IMG/VR virus record: IMGVR_UViG_3300025132_000024
Strand: one strand, 5' to 3'
Origin: an uncultured virus (IMG/VR IMGVR_UViG_3300025132_000024)
Lineage: Duplodnaviria > Heunggongvirae > Uroviricota > Caudoviricetes
DNA: 64,000 nucleotides
Positions 38,401 to 46,520 of the stretch are shown in pieces (the first letter of the stretch is position 1; the number at the start of each line of letters is the position of its first letter). A model generated the notes under the pieces. That model worked only from the letters and a program-made list of their open reading frames with translations, ran no database searches and was not told where the DNA came from. Made by a program: the position numbers and the translations under genes.

Positions 38401-40505
38401 GAGAAGGCGATAATGCATTCATCGTAAGTAATTTTAGTTCCACGCCTTCATATCCAGGAGGTGCTGCAGCATTATTAAATTCTGGAGGATTACAATTAGT
38501 AAATAGCTCAACCAACTTTTTCTTTGATAATAATGACAATCCGGTCAGCGCCGCGCCTATAAGAGATTATAATGCTGGTACCAGTGCGATAAGAATAGAT
38601 TCTGGATTTACTGTCAGCGGCGATGGAGATGGAGTTTCATTTACAGTGAATGTAACAAATGACACTAGCGTTACCCCATTTGTTGTTCCGGGAGCAAATT
38701 CAACTAATTTCCTTGCTGATGCAACTGCTAAATCATTACTCATACCATCGGCATCATACGGAGAAACAGGAATTCAGTTAGAATATAATTCCGGAACACC
38801 AAGAGCATTTATTGGTAAATCAGATGGATCTTTTTTTAAATTTGATGGAACAAATACATCTATAAGTTCATCCGATTTCTTCTTAGGTTCGCCAGACAAT
38901 TTCATATCCGCATCGAATGGTAATTTAGAAATATCATCTAGTAATTTTATAATAGATCCTGGTGGCTCAGTAACTGCAAAAGATATAACATTAACAGATT
39001 TTACTAGAGCAGATTATTTTGTATATACATTAGCAGTAATAGATTCTGGCAATAAAGCACAATTTTTTGAAAACTATACATATCTATCACAAAATTATAC
39101 CAGATTAGTTTTAGACGGATCTTTAGGGGGAGCCTCGGCACAATCTGTTCGTATTACTGTTGCGCCTGATTATCCTATAGGAATGATACAACCTCCACCG
39201 CCTGGCACTTTATTTCAAAATGAAGGCCATATGGTAGTTATTGAATGTGCATTTTCAAACGGATTATTTTTTGCATCGCAAGCATCTACCGGAGGTAACA
39301 GTGGATTAAGATATGGATTCAGTGCTGATTCAGATGATTGGTTCAATCAAATGTTCCAGGTAAGAAGTATAGGAGGAGTTCAATACGGAACAGGAACAGT
39401 AGGTGACGTAGGAAATGGAGTTGGTAGAACATATGTAATGAATATCGGTCAAAGAATGGTATTTCATAGATCATCATTTGATTTTAGACCTGCAGGAATT
39501 TCAAGTTATGATATTACAGCTAACGGCAATATAAATGCACAAGGATTAATTAATTTTTATTCAGGTCTTCGTACTAGTAACGGTCCTATAGGAATTGGAA
39601 TTACTGGTACTAGTAAAATTTCAGCAGGATATGCTTTTGAAGTAGATCATATAACAGATAGGAACGGTAGTAGTACGGCAGCTTCCAGATTCCATGGTAA
39701 TATACAAGCGGATGCTAATTTAGATGTAGATGGAACAACTACATTAGGAAATGCCAATAGTGATAATACAACTATAACTGGAAGATTGTTAGCTGGGACA
39801 CTTTTACCGACTTCAGGCCATTCTATAAAAAGTAATGTAGCTAGTGGATATGTTGTTACAATGCTTAATGATGGAAACAATTCGAATCGATTCGGATTAA
39901 GATTACAGGCCGGATTAGATAATCAAACTTATCCAAATCATGGCGTAACAAATTATTACATGAGATTAGATGAAGGCGACGGCGGAGTTATAGCATATGT
40001 TACAGCATTAAATAAAAATGTAACATGGGGTACATTCACCGGAGTTCATGACGGCCATGTATTAACACAAGATAATATTAATTCTACAATTAACGAAAAT
40101 ACTAGTTCAGCATACGACACGGGTACAATTGTAGTAACAGTCAAATCAGAATTATCCGGAAGTTATCAGCCTGATCATTACATAGTCTCGTCATCTACAT
40201 ATCAGGATAAAAGAGTCATAGGAGTATATTATAGTGTTTTAGATCGGGATGCATTGGGCGATGGATATGAATCTATACATAACTTTGCTTCCTTAGGGGA
40301 CGGTCCTATATTAGTTTGTTCTCAAAATGGAAATATTGAAAATGGAGATTATATAACGACGGCGTCAGGGTCTGGCGGATATGGGTGTAAACAAAACGAC
40401 GACTTGCTACACAATTATACAGTTGCTAAAGCTTTAGAAGATGTAGATTGGAGCACAGAACCCGATAATACAAAATTAATATCATGTACATATCATTGCG
40501 GATAA
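32481..40505 (+). CDS. giant tail fibre/virion protein (2674 aa) with collagen-like segments and C-terminal chaperone-like domain
   Basis: GTG start after late box (32459) and AAAGGA SD; Gly/Ser/Thr-rich, internal repeats, G-X-Y runs, FTGVH...GDGPILVC..NGNIENGDYIT C-terminus. Confidence 0.75.
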   Translation: MPIRKKAELLNLQNLEYIKIDDSLLSSELFDIIDFPEKLTAGKNLFKIRMQNGRFVDGSEVYIDVVDFNGNAIYYEPLKYVEKDGTRVISIYVYPDTPPGPARVFIAGRLAIDDDGQVIEFSTDPNASNFRNIPNALWSRSVPVAPSAFNTSEIIFTKQPSLTITEIVQPFRQPVTIDSIFTNQTRPNSSVEVIAATTTQNNNTAVSDGTRTVTGGSLSGNSPSRNQGTAIVNNSGTNNTVAATAGKQTTSATVQVVSGFSVLKTTNFPLSASMQGGQLTIVNPLISVPQNTVLNAAGQVLPNSQADDFAKVIAAGSNFTPAAGNRPLSGSYVFHIDTVLNKSTARISQISGFANQSDNTFGAFSVKVTKKDIFGFLLLQETVSKIEAATNVTASFVKPAETILTENSASFADIIIADTEPETGDVYRIKTLFKPSGQFGDFLDLGDTILEQQNILIDETSLETNVVVGSFYENFGQFESLQEIQKYWSSSVAGGISTNALAPEYNVDDLIGGVSLVTDWNNNTNQFTSVKGDAAIFQIKDQYKPKIYPNTTYVVRFKATVPSAVSNYISNDSNIPDPRLDLYINNDIVPDNPVTEILIGDMNVPATFQKSLQDPPFNNGSDFGTRVGSVFASRNAVGNIATVELRFKAQSEENLDIRFVLRTGLFIISDIEVLADRETGYTPNYVRIAKRVPMEHMHTPLSFKFQYFDIRGNKADLETVAFGAVFDGDNSYIQGTSNLLTGSLFIGNQVASGIEMGGLNSGFIRSVGYEGLNKAIDGTGPGGFLLYSGSGQMQIGDNIEEGVGLQLVGDNDSSHLIFTTRNGGSIDIKAEKFFIGTNDTQFISGSEGNIEISSSLFHLDPQNDLLVIGADAVINADLTVNSLRTPATIGGSPSTTENASSSIDSDGFAKFASASIAGFEVVSDEIRSANEALRLKASGDITASRVLLEGGTITSGVTILGSLSANSILTPATINGSPATPQNASSSISDNGLAIFRSASIAGFVVNTEEIKSSNESLRLKAEGQITGSNVSFSGGKIANWNIIGNTLSSVNTSNKGIILNADPSSPTIEVREDDNNRIRIFHTTSNNFGIIGTQGGNNVFLLGDPGGNGNKISSWAFNDKRLSSFKTSTQDKFGISIDADYQLLTFHGDAGQGKNNIGDNDRDNVMLAIGQLTDDIFGIKGFNTAGTRIFELSPTRNEIAGWTFDNQKLSSGNIIIDSAGSIQTADYASDLKGWKISAEHNGFLEVENAKIRGTLATAVFEKETVNAVGGQLYVANSTTLTASADTPSGNYLPTDATMSVVNVSGFSADEILSLKKVSATGFSTEYVKVVSSSRQDPSSDTDLSGQLFLIRGYGATFTAGPSASLGDTPAGAQSYSGSQVIVSTGKIGTGFIRLNANPNNLATPYMDIVERTGSGVYDVDLKVRLGDLKGLANSSYVFGNSNPGFGLATDNVFLQGGIIANTGSIGGVKMESSKLFIGAGNHANSDTGFFVDSGSNFSLGDRLVWDGSSLTVRGQLRLESGTSVDQAINEATASNTAKSLILTADSQVMTFASASATNAIPNKIIFSIAQQNLTGSISASNVTITTNQSTSVTNFTFDTGSITTNSAGLFSGIVSGSLTFTGNLNAGGLASDKDNFPVTINVSGDGFTDQTTIFKLEGGSSGSDGTDGSPGTDGQDGQPSINGFLTNESHTFVANQNGTVTSFAEGSSSMFVFVGLTNSTGSFSYSRTNSTGVSSALGGPAGNVLAISAMAHDSGSINITATSASISITKTMTLAKSRQGASGSDGSDGAPGSPGATGPIGPNFDFLSGSLSTIDTTGGLQPGLIMTSTVFGFHGAIAQGDGTNATLGDFTSYLDHSGSFYLGGGESGASTPDGGYFAWNNDEKSLLISGSKAEVKVDKFFVGNDQSAFLSGSNGNIEISSSKFHITRAGDAIVRKINATEGSVGGFDIASSRIEGNDVSNFTVTVTADGSQGEGDNAFIVSNFSSTPSYPGGAAALLNSGGLQLVNSSTNFFFDNNDNPVSAAPIRDYNAGTSAIRIDSGFTVSGDGDGVSFTVNVTNDTSVTPFVVPGANSTNFLADATAKSLLIPSASYGETGIQLEYNSGTPRAFIGKSDGSFFKFDGTNTSISSSDFFLGSPDNFISASNGNLEISSSNFIIDPGGSVTAKDITLTDFTRADYFVYTLAVIDSGNKAQFFENYTYLSQNYTRLVLDGSLGGASAQSVRITVAPDYPIGMIQPPPPGTLFQNEGHMVVIECAFSNGLFFASQASTGGNSGLRYGFSADSDDWFNQMFQVRSIGGVQYGTGTVGDVGNGVGRTYVMNIGQRMVFHRSSFDFRPAGISSYDITANGNINAQGLINFYSGLRTSNGPIGIGITGTSKISAGYAFEVDHITDRNGSSTAASRFHGNIQADANLDVDGTTTLGNANSDNTTITGRLLAGTLLPTSGHSIKSNVASGYVVTMLNDGNNSNRFGLRLQAGLDNQTYPNHGVTNYYMRLDEGDGGVIAYVTALNKNVTWGTFTGVHDGHVLTQDNINSTINENTSSAYDTGTIVVTVKSELSGSYQPDHYIVSSSTYQDKRVIGVYYSVLDRDALGDGYESIHNFASLGDGPILVCSQNGNIENGDYITTASGSGGYGCKQNDDLLHNYTVAKALEDVDWSTEPDNTKLISCTYHCG
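35112..35575 (+). repeat. two 85-aa-period repeats in the giant fibre
   Basis: LTVNSLRTPATIGGSP...LRLKASGDITAS at 35112 and LSANSILTPATINGSP...LRLKAEGQITGS at 35367. Confidence 0.85.
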
Positions 40506-40517
40506 TATTAAATAATT

Positions 40518-40576
40518 ATATTTATATAAAAAGCAACTAAAAAATTAGGAATCGTGAGATTTTTTTCTTATCTTTA
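40518..40576 (+). promoter_or_regulatory. tandem late box and host-type promoter
   Basis: ATATTTAT (40518) followed by TTAG (40545)-N20-TATCTTTA (40569). Confidence 0.55.
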
Positions 40577-40584
40577 ATAAAAGA

Positions 40585-43008
40585 ATGAATATGGATAATT
40601 TAGGTAATTGGATAGCGGAGCAACTAATAACAGAAAATAACATAAAAACTGTTATTGCAATATATCCAGGTCGATTCCAGCCAATGGGACCACATCACGT
40701 TAAAACATATAATTGGTTAGCAAAAAAGTTTGGTAAAGCAAATACATTTGTAGTAACTTCGGATAAAGTAAAATTACCAAAATCTCCTTTAAACTATAGA
40801 GAAAAAGAATCTATAATTAATAAGCATGGTATAAATAATGTTGTACAAGTTCGCAATCCATATCAATCTGTTGAATTATTAAAGAATTATGATCCAGAAA
40901 CAACTGCAGCAGTTTTTATGGTAGGCGAAAAAGATGCTCAAAGATTAGGAGGCAAATTTTTTAGACCATGGGAAGGTGTTGCAAATGTAGGTTATAGAGA
41001 TGGCGCTTATACATTAATTGCACCACATGTGTCATTAAAAGTTCCTGGATTTGGAGAAATGTCAGGAACAACTATAAGACAAGCGTTAGCAAATGCAGAT
41101 AAATCTTTGTTTAAAGATATATTAGGATTTTATAATCCATCTATTCATAAAATGATATTAAATAAATTTAAAGGATTGCAAAATGAAATCATAGGTAATT
41201 TTTTATTGAAACATCCTATTACAGAAATATCATTAAATACAATCGGCTCTAATACAGATGTAGATGATGGACCAAGATACTTTTATGGCAGTCAAGGGGC
41301 ATATGAACAATCGTCAAAAGAAATGGCAGAATCATTAGGCTATTCAGTTATTAATTATATAATGGATGGAGGAATGTCTGAAATAGGTAATACAAATTTT
41401 CCAGACGGCCCACCTTTAGGTGTTTCATATTTTCCTGTAGGTAAAGCTGGAGCGTCAATGGCTGGAACAGATTATACTGGTAACATAACTGGAAAGCCTG
41501 CATATAAACAATGGAGTAAATACATATCTAATGTAGCTACTCAAGTTGGATATAAGTTTCTTAACTTTTTAGGAGCAGAAGATGCAATTGATAGCACTAA
41601 AAATGCACCTACTAAACCAGAAGCATTAGTTCAAGAAAATGCATTAACCAAAGAATGGTGGTCATCAATCATAGAAGATATATCAGTTCCAATAAATATT
41701 GGTGATACAGTACTCATGGGTAAATTTAAAAATAAAAAAGTTATTGTAAAAAGTATCACTAAAAATGAAAAAGGCGATGTTTTAATAAATGGCCGGCCAG
41801 CATTTAAATTTAGATTAATGCCTGTACAAGAAAATATTTTAAAAGAAGCAAAAGCCAATACACATTTAACTCATTTAGAAGAACTCTTATTAACAAGAGG
41901 TTTTGAGGGATATAAAATGGCAAAATCATTTTTAATTGAATTAGTTAAAAATTTAAGAGGAAATTCGGACGCAAAAGTTAATACAACAGTTAAGTGGGAT
42001 GGCGCGCCTGCAATGTTTGTAGGAACTAATCCGGATAATGGACAATTTTTTGTAGGAACAAAATCTGTATTTAATAAAGTTCCTAAAATAAATTATACTG
42101 CAGAAGATGTAGATCTGAATCATGGACATGCACCAGGCCTTGCTGATAAGTTAAAAAAAGCTTTAAAATATTTACCATCGTTAGGCATAAAAAATATACT
42201 TCAAGGCGACTTTATGTTTGATAGTCAATCATTGAAAACACAGACAATTAACGGCAAAAGACATTACACATTTAAGCCAAATGCTATAACATATGCTGTT
42301 GAAGCTGATTCTCAATTAGGAAAAAAGATAGCCAGATCTAAATTTGGAATTGTATTTCATACAGGATATAATAGTTTAAATAGCGGTGCACAGTTTGGAG
42401 TAAATGTAAGTGGATTAAAAGATAGTCCAGTGGTATGGTACGATGATGCATATTTTAAAGATACAACAGGTAATGTATTATTAACTAGTGATGAATCAAA
42501 ACAAATTTTAAATAATATCAAGCAGGCTGATGCATTAAAAATTGATTATGATAATATACCATCTTCATTATTAAATATTTACATTAATAGTGAAATTAAA
42601 ACAGGCGAATTTTTGAAAAACCCAAATAGATCATTTTCAAATTTTATATCATGGGTACAAAATAGAATTGATAAAAAAATAGAAAAATTAAAAACAGATA
42701 GAGGTAGAGAAAAAGCAACAGCCTCTGGCCAACAACAAATAGATAATATAAATAAAAATAAAAAAGATATTTTAAATTTATTCATAGTTTCTAAATTGTT
42801 AGCAGAAGCAAAAATGATATTTGTTAATAAGTATAATAATGCAGTATATAGAACAAAACATTTTAAAGACGATGGCAGGGGAGGCTTAGCAGTAACAGCG
42901 CCTGAAGGCTATGTTGCTATTGATAGAATTGGCAATGGAGTAAAATTAGTAGATAGGTTAGAATTCAGTAGAGCTAACTTTGCTATGGATAAAGGATTTA
43001 CTAAATAG
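40585..43008 (+). CDS. multidomain protein: HIGH-type nucleotidyltransferase plus C-terminal ligase-like (DUF6267-like) domain
   Basis: IYPGRFQPMGPHH and EMSGT at the N-terminus; NTHLTHLEE, TVKWDGAPA, LQGDFMF, PEGYV and VKLVDR in the C-terminal part. Confidence 0.7.
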   Translation: MNMDNLGNWIAEQLITENNIKTVIAIYPGRFQPMGPHHVKTYNWLAKKFGKANTFVVTSDKVKLPKSPLNYREKESIINKHGINNVVQVRNPYQSVELLKNYDPETTAAVFMVGEKDAQRLGGKFFRPWEGVANVGYRDGAYTLIAPHVSLKVPGFGEMSGTTIRQALANADKSLFKDILGFYNPSIHKMILNKFKGLQNEIIGNFLLKHPITEISLNTIGSNTDVDDGPRYFYGSQGAYEQSSKEMAESLGYSVINYIMDGGMSEIGNTNFPDGPPLGVSYFPVGKAGASMAGTDYTGNITGKPAYKQWSKYISNVATQVGYKFLNFLGAEDAIDSTKNAPTKPEALVQENALTKEWWSSIIEDISVPINIGDTVLMGKFKNKKVIVKSITKNEKGDVLINGRPAFKFRLMPVQENILKEAKANTHLTHLEELLLTRGFEGYKMAKSFLIELVKNLRGNSDAKVNTTVKWDGAPAMFVGTNPDNGQFFVGTKSVFNKVPKINYTAEDVDLNHGHAPGLADKLKKALKYLPSLGIKNILQGDFMFDSQSLKTQTINGKRHYTFKPNAITYAVEADSQLGKKIARSKFGIVFHTGYNSLNSGAQFGVNVSGLKDSPVVWYDDAYFKDTTGNVLLTSDESKQILNNIKQADALKIDYDNIPSSLLNIYINSEIKTGEFLKNPNRSFSNFISWVQNRIDKKIEKLKTDRGREKATASGQQQIDNINKNKKDILNLFIVSKLLAEAKMIFVNKYNNAVYRTKHFKDDGRGGLAVTAPEGYVAIDRIGNGVKLVDRLEFSRANFAMDKGFTK

Positions 43009-43041
43009 TTTTAGTATATTTATATTAAATTAAGGAGCAAA

Positions 43042-43332
43042 ATGAAAGAACAAGAATTAAGAAATATGATTAAAGAAGAAATTCTCAATCGTTTAAATGA
43101 AAATCCTGAAGCATTTTCTAAAACATTAGGAGGCGCATCTAGATCTAAATTAGGTAGAGCAAAACAACCTTTGGATATGGCATTATCAAAAATTGATGTT
43201 GATAGAATGTCAAAATTGCCTAGACAACAAAAAGTAGGATTATTAATATCTTTATTACAAAGTGTAGGAATTAATTCAAAAGATTTCGCAGCAATAAGAC
43301 AAAGAGTAGGCAGAGGTTTAGATTCACAATAA
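43042..43332 (+). CDS. hypothetical protein, possible head-internal protein
   Basis: LRNMIKEEI..RLNE leader; late box 43016; AAGGAG SD. Confidence 0.8.
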   Translation: MKEQELRNMIKEEILNRLNENPEAFSKTLGGASRSKLGRAKQPLDMALSKIDVDRMSKLPRQQKVGLLISLLQSVGINSKDFAAIRQRVGRGLDSQ

Positions 43333-43341
43333 TTAAGTATT

Positions 43342-43980
43342 ATGGCAGCAGAAGATAAGTTACAAAATATCAAAGCTATCAAACAAATGATAGCAGGTAC
43401 ACACAAAAGCCAGACAAGAAAAACTCATGGGTTTTCGGATGCCAAAGAAATGTCCAAAAAAAATGAAAGACATGAAGTTGGTGATGTATGGTTTGAAACA
43501 GATAAAAGAACAGGCACCGAATGGAAAGTTACACAATATGACGGCTTTAGATCACGAGAGCCGGCAAATAGTGTTAGAGAACATATTAAGGATATATTAA
43601 CAGCTCCTGAAAATTGTCCTTGTTGCGGAAAAAAAATGAAAGGCATGCCTGAAGAAAAACTTAATTTAAAAATGTACTTCAAATCCGGAAAATGCTTTGA
43701 TTGCGTATTAAAAGAAGAAACTTTAATAAGAGCAAAAGGGCCTGAAGCATGGGAAGAGTATAGTAGGAAAAAGATGTTAGCAAATGCTAAATCATGGATG
43801 ACTGATACAGATAAAGAAGTAGAAGAATTAAAAAAAGTAGTAACAGAAACATATTGGCAAAACGCAGATGGTAGATCAGAAGAAATAAATATCACTGAAT
43901 TCATTAAGCGTATAGATAATGATTATCAAGATTTAAAAAAGCAAATATTAGAAAATTTGGAGAAAAAAGATGGCAAATGA
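43342..43980 (+). CDS. hypothetical protein with Zn-ribbon
   Basis: CPCC...CFDC. Confidence 0.8.
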   Translation: MAAEDKLQNIKAIKQMIAGTHKSQTRKTHGFSDAKEMSKKNERHEVGDVWFETDKRTGTEWKVTQYDGFRSREPANSVREHIKDILTAPENCPCCGKKMKGMPEEKLNLKMYFKSGKCFDCVLKEETLIRAKGPEAWEEYSRKKMLANAKSWMTDTDKEVEELKKVVTETYWQNADGRSEEINITEFIKRIDNDYQDLKKQILENLEKKDGK

Positions 43981-44233
43981 AGTAACTAAAATAGGAAAAA
44001 AATTAGATAAAGCTATTGCGGACATGAAAAAGCTAGCACCTAAATTTGTCAAAGCATCCGGAGATAAAAAACAAGAAATCTTAGATAAATTAAAACAATT
44101 AACATCCGAAAGAGATGATTTGAAAAATCAGTTAGAAAAAGCAGTTATGGATGCAGAAAAATCTGTTACATTAAAAACAGAAATCAATAGATTAATTGAT
44201 GATGTATTAACTGAAATAATCAATGAACAATAA
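43970..44233 (+). CDS. hypothetical coiled-coil protein
   Basis: ORF track; GGAG SD. Confidence 0.7.
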   Translation: MANEVTKIGKKLDKAIADMKKLAPKFVKASGDKKQEILDKLKQLTSERDDLKNQLEKAVMDAEKSVTLKTEINRLIDDVLTEIINEQ

Positions 44234-44573
44234 TTCAAACATATATTCTATAATAACTCTTTGTTTAGTTTTATTTATTGCATATAATTATTTTTACAAA
44301 GAAGATAATACTTTTGAACAACAAGAACAAGTATTGCAAAATCGTATTGATAGTTTAAATACTCAAGCATTAAAATATAAACACGAACGAGATTCCTTAG
44401 ACAATAATATTATTAGTTTAAATGATTCATTACTTGATTTACAATCTCAAATAGTCAATAAATCTAATCAAATATATAAATTAAAAAAGGCATATGCTAA
44501 AAAAGTTCAACATATTAATAATTACACTGTTAGTGACATTAACGAGTATCTCACAAACAGATACAAAAAGTGA
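44223..44573 (+). CDS. membrane-anchored coiled-coil protein (i-spanin-like)
   Basis: N-terminal TM (IYSIITLCLVLFIAYNYFY) followed by heptad coiled coil. Confidence 0.6.
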   Translation: MNNNSNIYSIITLCLVLFIAYNYFYKEDNTFEQQEQVLQNRIDSLNTQALKYKHERDSLDNNIISLNDSLLDLQSQIVNKSNQIYKLKKAYAKKVQHINNYTVSDINEYLTNRYKK

Positions 44574-44904
44574 TTCAATAATTTGTGTTAGCAAATGGTT
44601 AATGCATAGAGTTATACAGGATCTAGAGTCGGGCGATTTAGCAAAAGAACAATTAATTTTAGAACGTGATATCCAAGACAAACTTAGAGAAAAATTGACA
44701 ATTAAAGATACTATTATCGAATCTTATCGCAGAAAAGAAAAAAATACAGAATCAGAAATGATAGTTATGGCCGAAGTATTAAGACTAAAAGACGAAAAAA
44801 TTCAAGTTGCTAAAAATGAAACTAAACATTATAAAAAACAAAGAAACTTATTTAGTTTAGGCTCCGGAGGAATTATCGCCTTAATTATTTTGATCTTAAT
44901 TTAA
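44494..44904 (+). CDS. exported coiled-coil protein with C-terminal TM (spanin-partner-like)
   Basis: Signal peptide ending ...TSIS|Q, coiled coil, C-terminal GGIIALIILILI; overlaps the previous gene by 80 nt. Confidence 0.6.
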   Translation: MLKKFNILIITLLVTLTSISQTDTKSDSIICVSKWLMHRVIQDLESGDLAKEQLILERDIQDKLREKLTIKDTIIESYRRKEKNTESEMIVMAEVLRLKDEKIQVAKNETKHYKKQRNLFSLGSGGIIALIILILI

Positions 44905-44923
44905 TTTTTTATATATTTAACTA

Positions 44924-46495
44924 ATGGCACAAAAGTCCCTTAAAGAAATAGTAAAAGAAGAATATAAAAAATGTGCAGTTGATCCTGTACATTTTATGAA
45001 AAAATACTGTATTATACAACATCCTACTAAAGGCAAGATGTATTTTAATCTTTATGATTTTCAACAACAAACTTTACATGAACTTAAAGATAATAGATAT
45101 AACATAATATTAAAATCTAGACAATTAGGAATATCTACTCTTACTGCAGGATATTCACTTTGGTGTATGTTATTTAGATCAGATTACAACGTTTTAGTTA
45201 TAGCAACAAAACAAGATGTAGCAAAAAATCTTGTAACTAAAGTAAGAGTGATGCATGATAATTTACCTAGTTGGTTAAGAGGCAAGACCTTAGAGGATAA
45301 TAAACTATCATTAAGATTCAAGAATGGATCACAAATAAAAGCAATTTCATCAAAAGGAGATGCCGGTCGTTCAGAGGCATTATCCTTATTAGTAATGGAT
45401 GAGGCAGCATTTATAGATAAGATTGATGATATATGGACAGCTGCCCAGCAAACACTGGCAACAGGTGGGGGAGCTATTATGTTATCAACTCCTAATGGTA
45501 CCGGTAACTTATTTCATAAGACTTGGTGTGATGCCGAAGCCGGCGGAAGATTCAATCCAATTAAATTGCATTGGACAGTACATCCCGAACGAGATGAAAA
45601 CTGGAGAGTTGAACAAACACAATTGTTAGGAGAGAAGGCAGCAGCACAAGAATGTGATTGTGATTTTATTTCATCTGGACATACAGTAGTCGACGGACCC
45701 ATCATTCAATGGTATGATCAAACATATGTCGAAGATCCAAAAGAAAAAAGAGGATTCGATGGTAATTATTGGATGTGGGATTATCCAAATTATACTAAAG
45801 CATATGCAGTAGTAGCTGATGTTGCTAGAGGAGATGGAGCAGATTATTCTGCATTTCATGTTTTAGAAATAGAATCAATGACACAAGTTGCTGAGTACAG
45901 AGGTAAGATAGGAACTACAGAATATGGTAATATGCTAATTTCAGTTGCAACAGAATGGAACAATGCTCTACTGGTAATTGAAAATGCAAATATAGGATGG
46001 GCGGTATTGCAAGTTGCTATTGATCGAAATTATGAAAATTTATATTATTCGTATAAACAAGATGCATATGTAGATGAAAATGTGCACTTAGCAAAAGGAT
46101 ATGATTTAAAAAATAAATCACAAAAAGTCCCTGGATTTTCAACAACTAGTAGAACAAGACCTTTAATAATATCTAAAATAGAAACATATTTTAGAGAAAA
46201 ATCTCCAATTGTAAAGTCTAAACGATTAATAGATGAATTGTATGTCTTTATATGGAACGGTAGCAGGGCAGAGGCTCAACGAGGTTATAATGATGATTTA
46301 GTAATGTCTTTTGGAATTGCATTATGGGTACGAGATACTGCATTAAGATTACATCAACAAGGCATAGATTTATCTAGAAGAGCTCTGGGCCATTTAGGCA
46401 AATCAGACGGCGTTTATTCTGCAACAACTAATCAGAATGCTTCATGGGATTGGAAAGCAGGTAAAGATAACGAAGGGCTAAATTGGCTATTATGA
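44924..46495 (+). CDS. terL: terminase large subunit (T4 gp17-like)
   Basis: LYDFQ, KSRQLGIST Walker A, LLVMDEAAF Walker B, STPNG, QECDCDF, DVARGDGADYS, IEN, NDDLVM. Confidence 0.95.
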   Translation: MAQKSLKEIVKEEYKKCAVDPVHFMKKYCIIQHPTKGKMYFNLYDFQQQTLHELKDNRYNIILKSRQLGISTLTAGYSLWCMLFRSDYNVLVIATKQDVAKNLVTKVRVMHDNLPSWLRGKTLEDNKLSLRFKNGSQIKAISSKGDAGRSEALSLLVMDEAAFIDKIDDIWTAAQQTLATGGGAIMLSTPNGTGNLFHKTWCDAEAGGRFNPIKLHWTVHPERDENWRVEQTQLLGEKAAAQECDCDFISSGHTVVDGPIIQWYDQTYVEDPKEKRGFDGNYWMWDYPNYTKAYAVVADVARGDGADYSAFHVLEIESMTQVAEYRGKIGTTEYGNMLISVATEWNNALLVIENANIGWAVLQVAIDRNYENLYYSYKQDAYVDENVHLAKGYDLKNKSQKVPGFSTTSRTRPLIISKIETYFREKSPIVKSKRLIDELYVFIWNGSRAEAQRGYNDDLVMSFGIALWVRDTALRLHQQGIDLSRRALGHLGKSDGVYSATTNQNASWDWKAGKDNEGLNWLL

Positions 46496-46520
46496 TATTT
46501 ATAAAAAATGGAAAACTGAA

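Noticed and set aside
45423..45629. + strand ORF nested in terminase
   Set aside because: Out of frame inside a conserved, uninterrupted terminase; no sign of an intron or intein.
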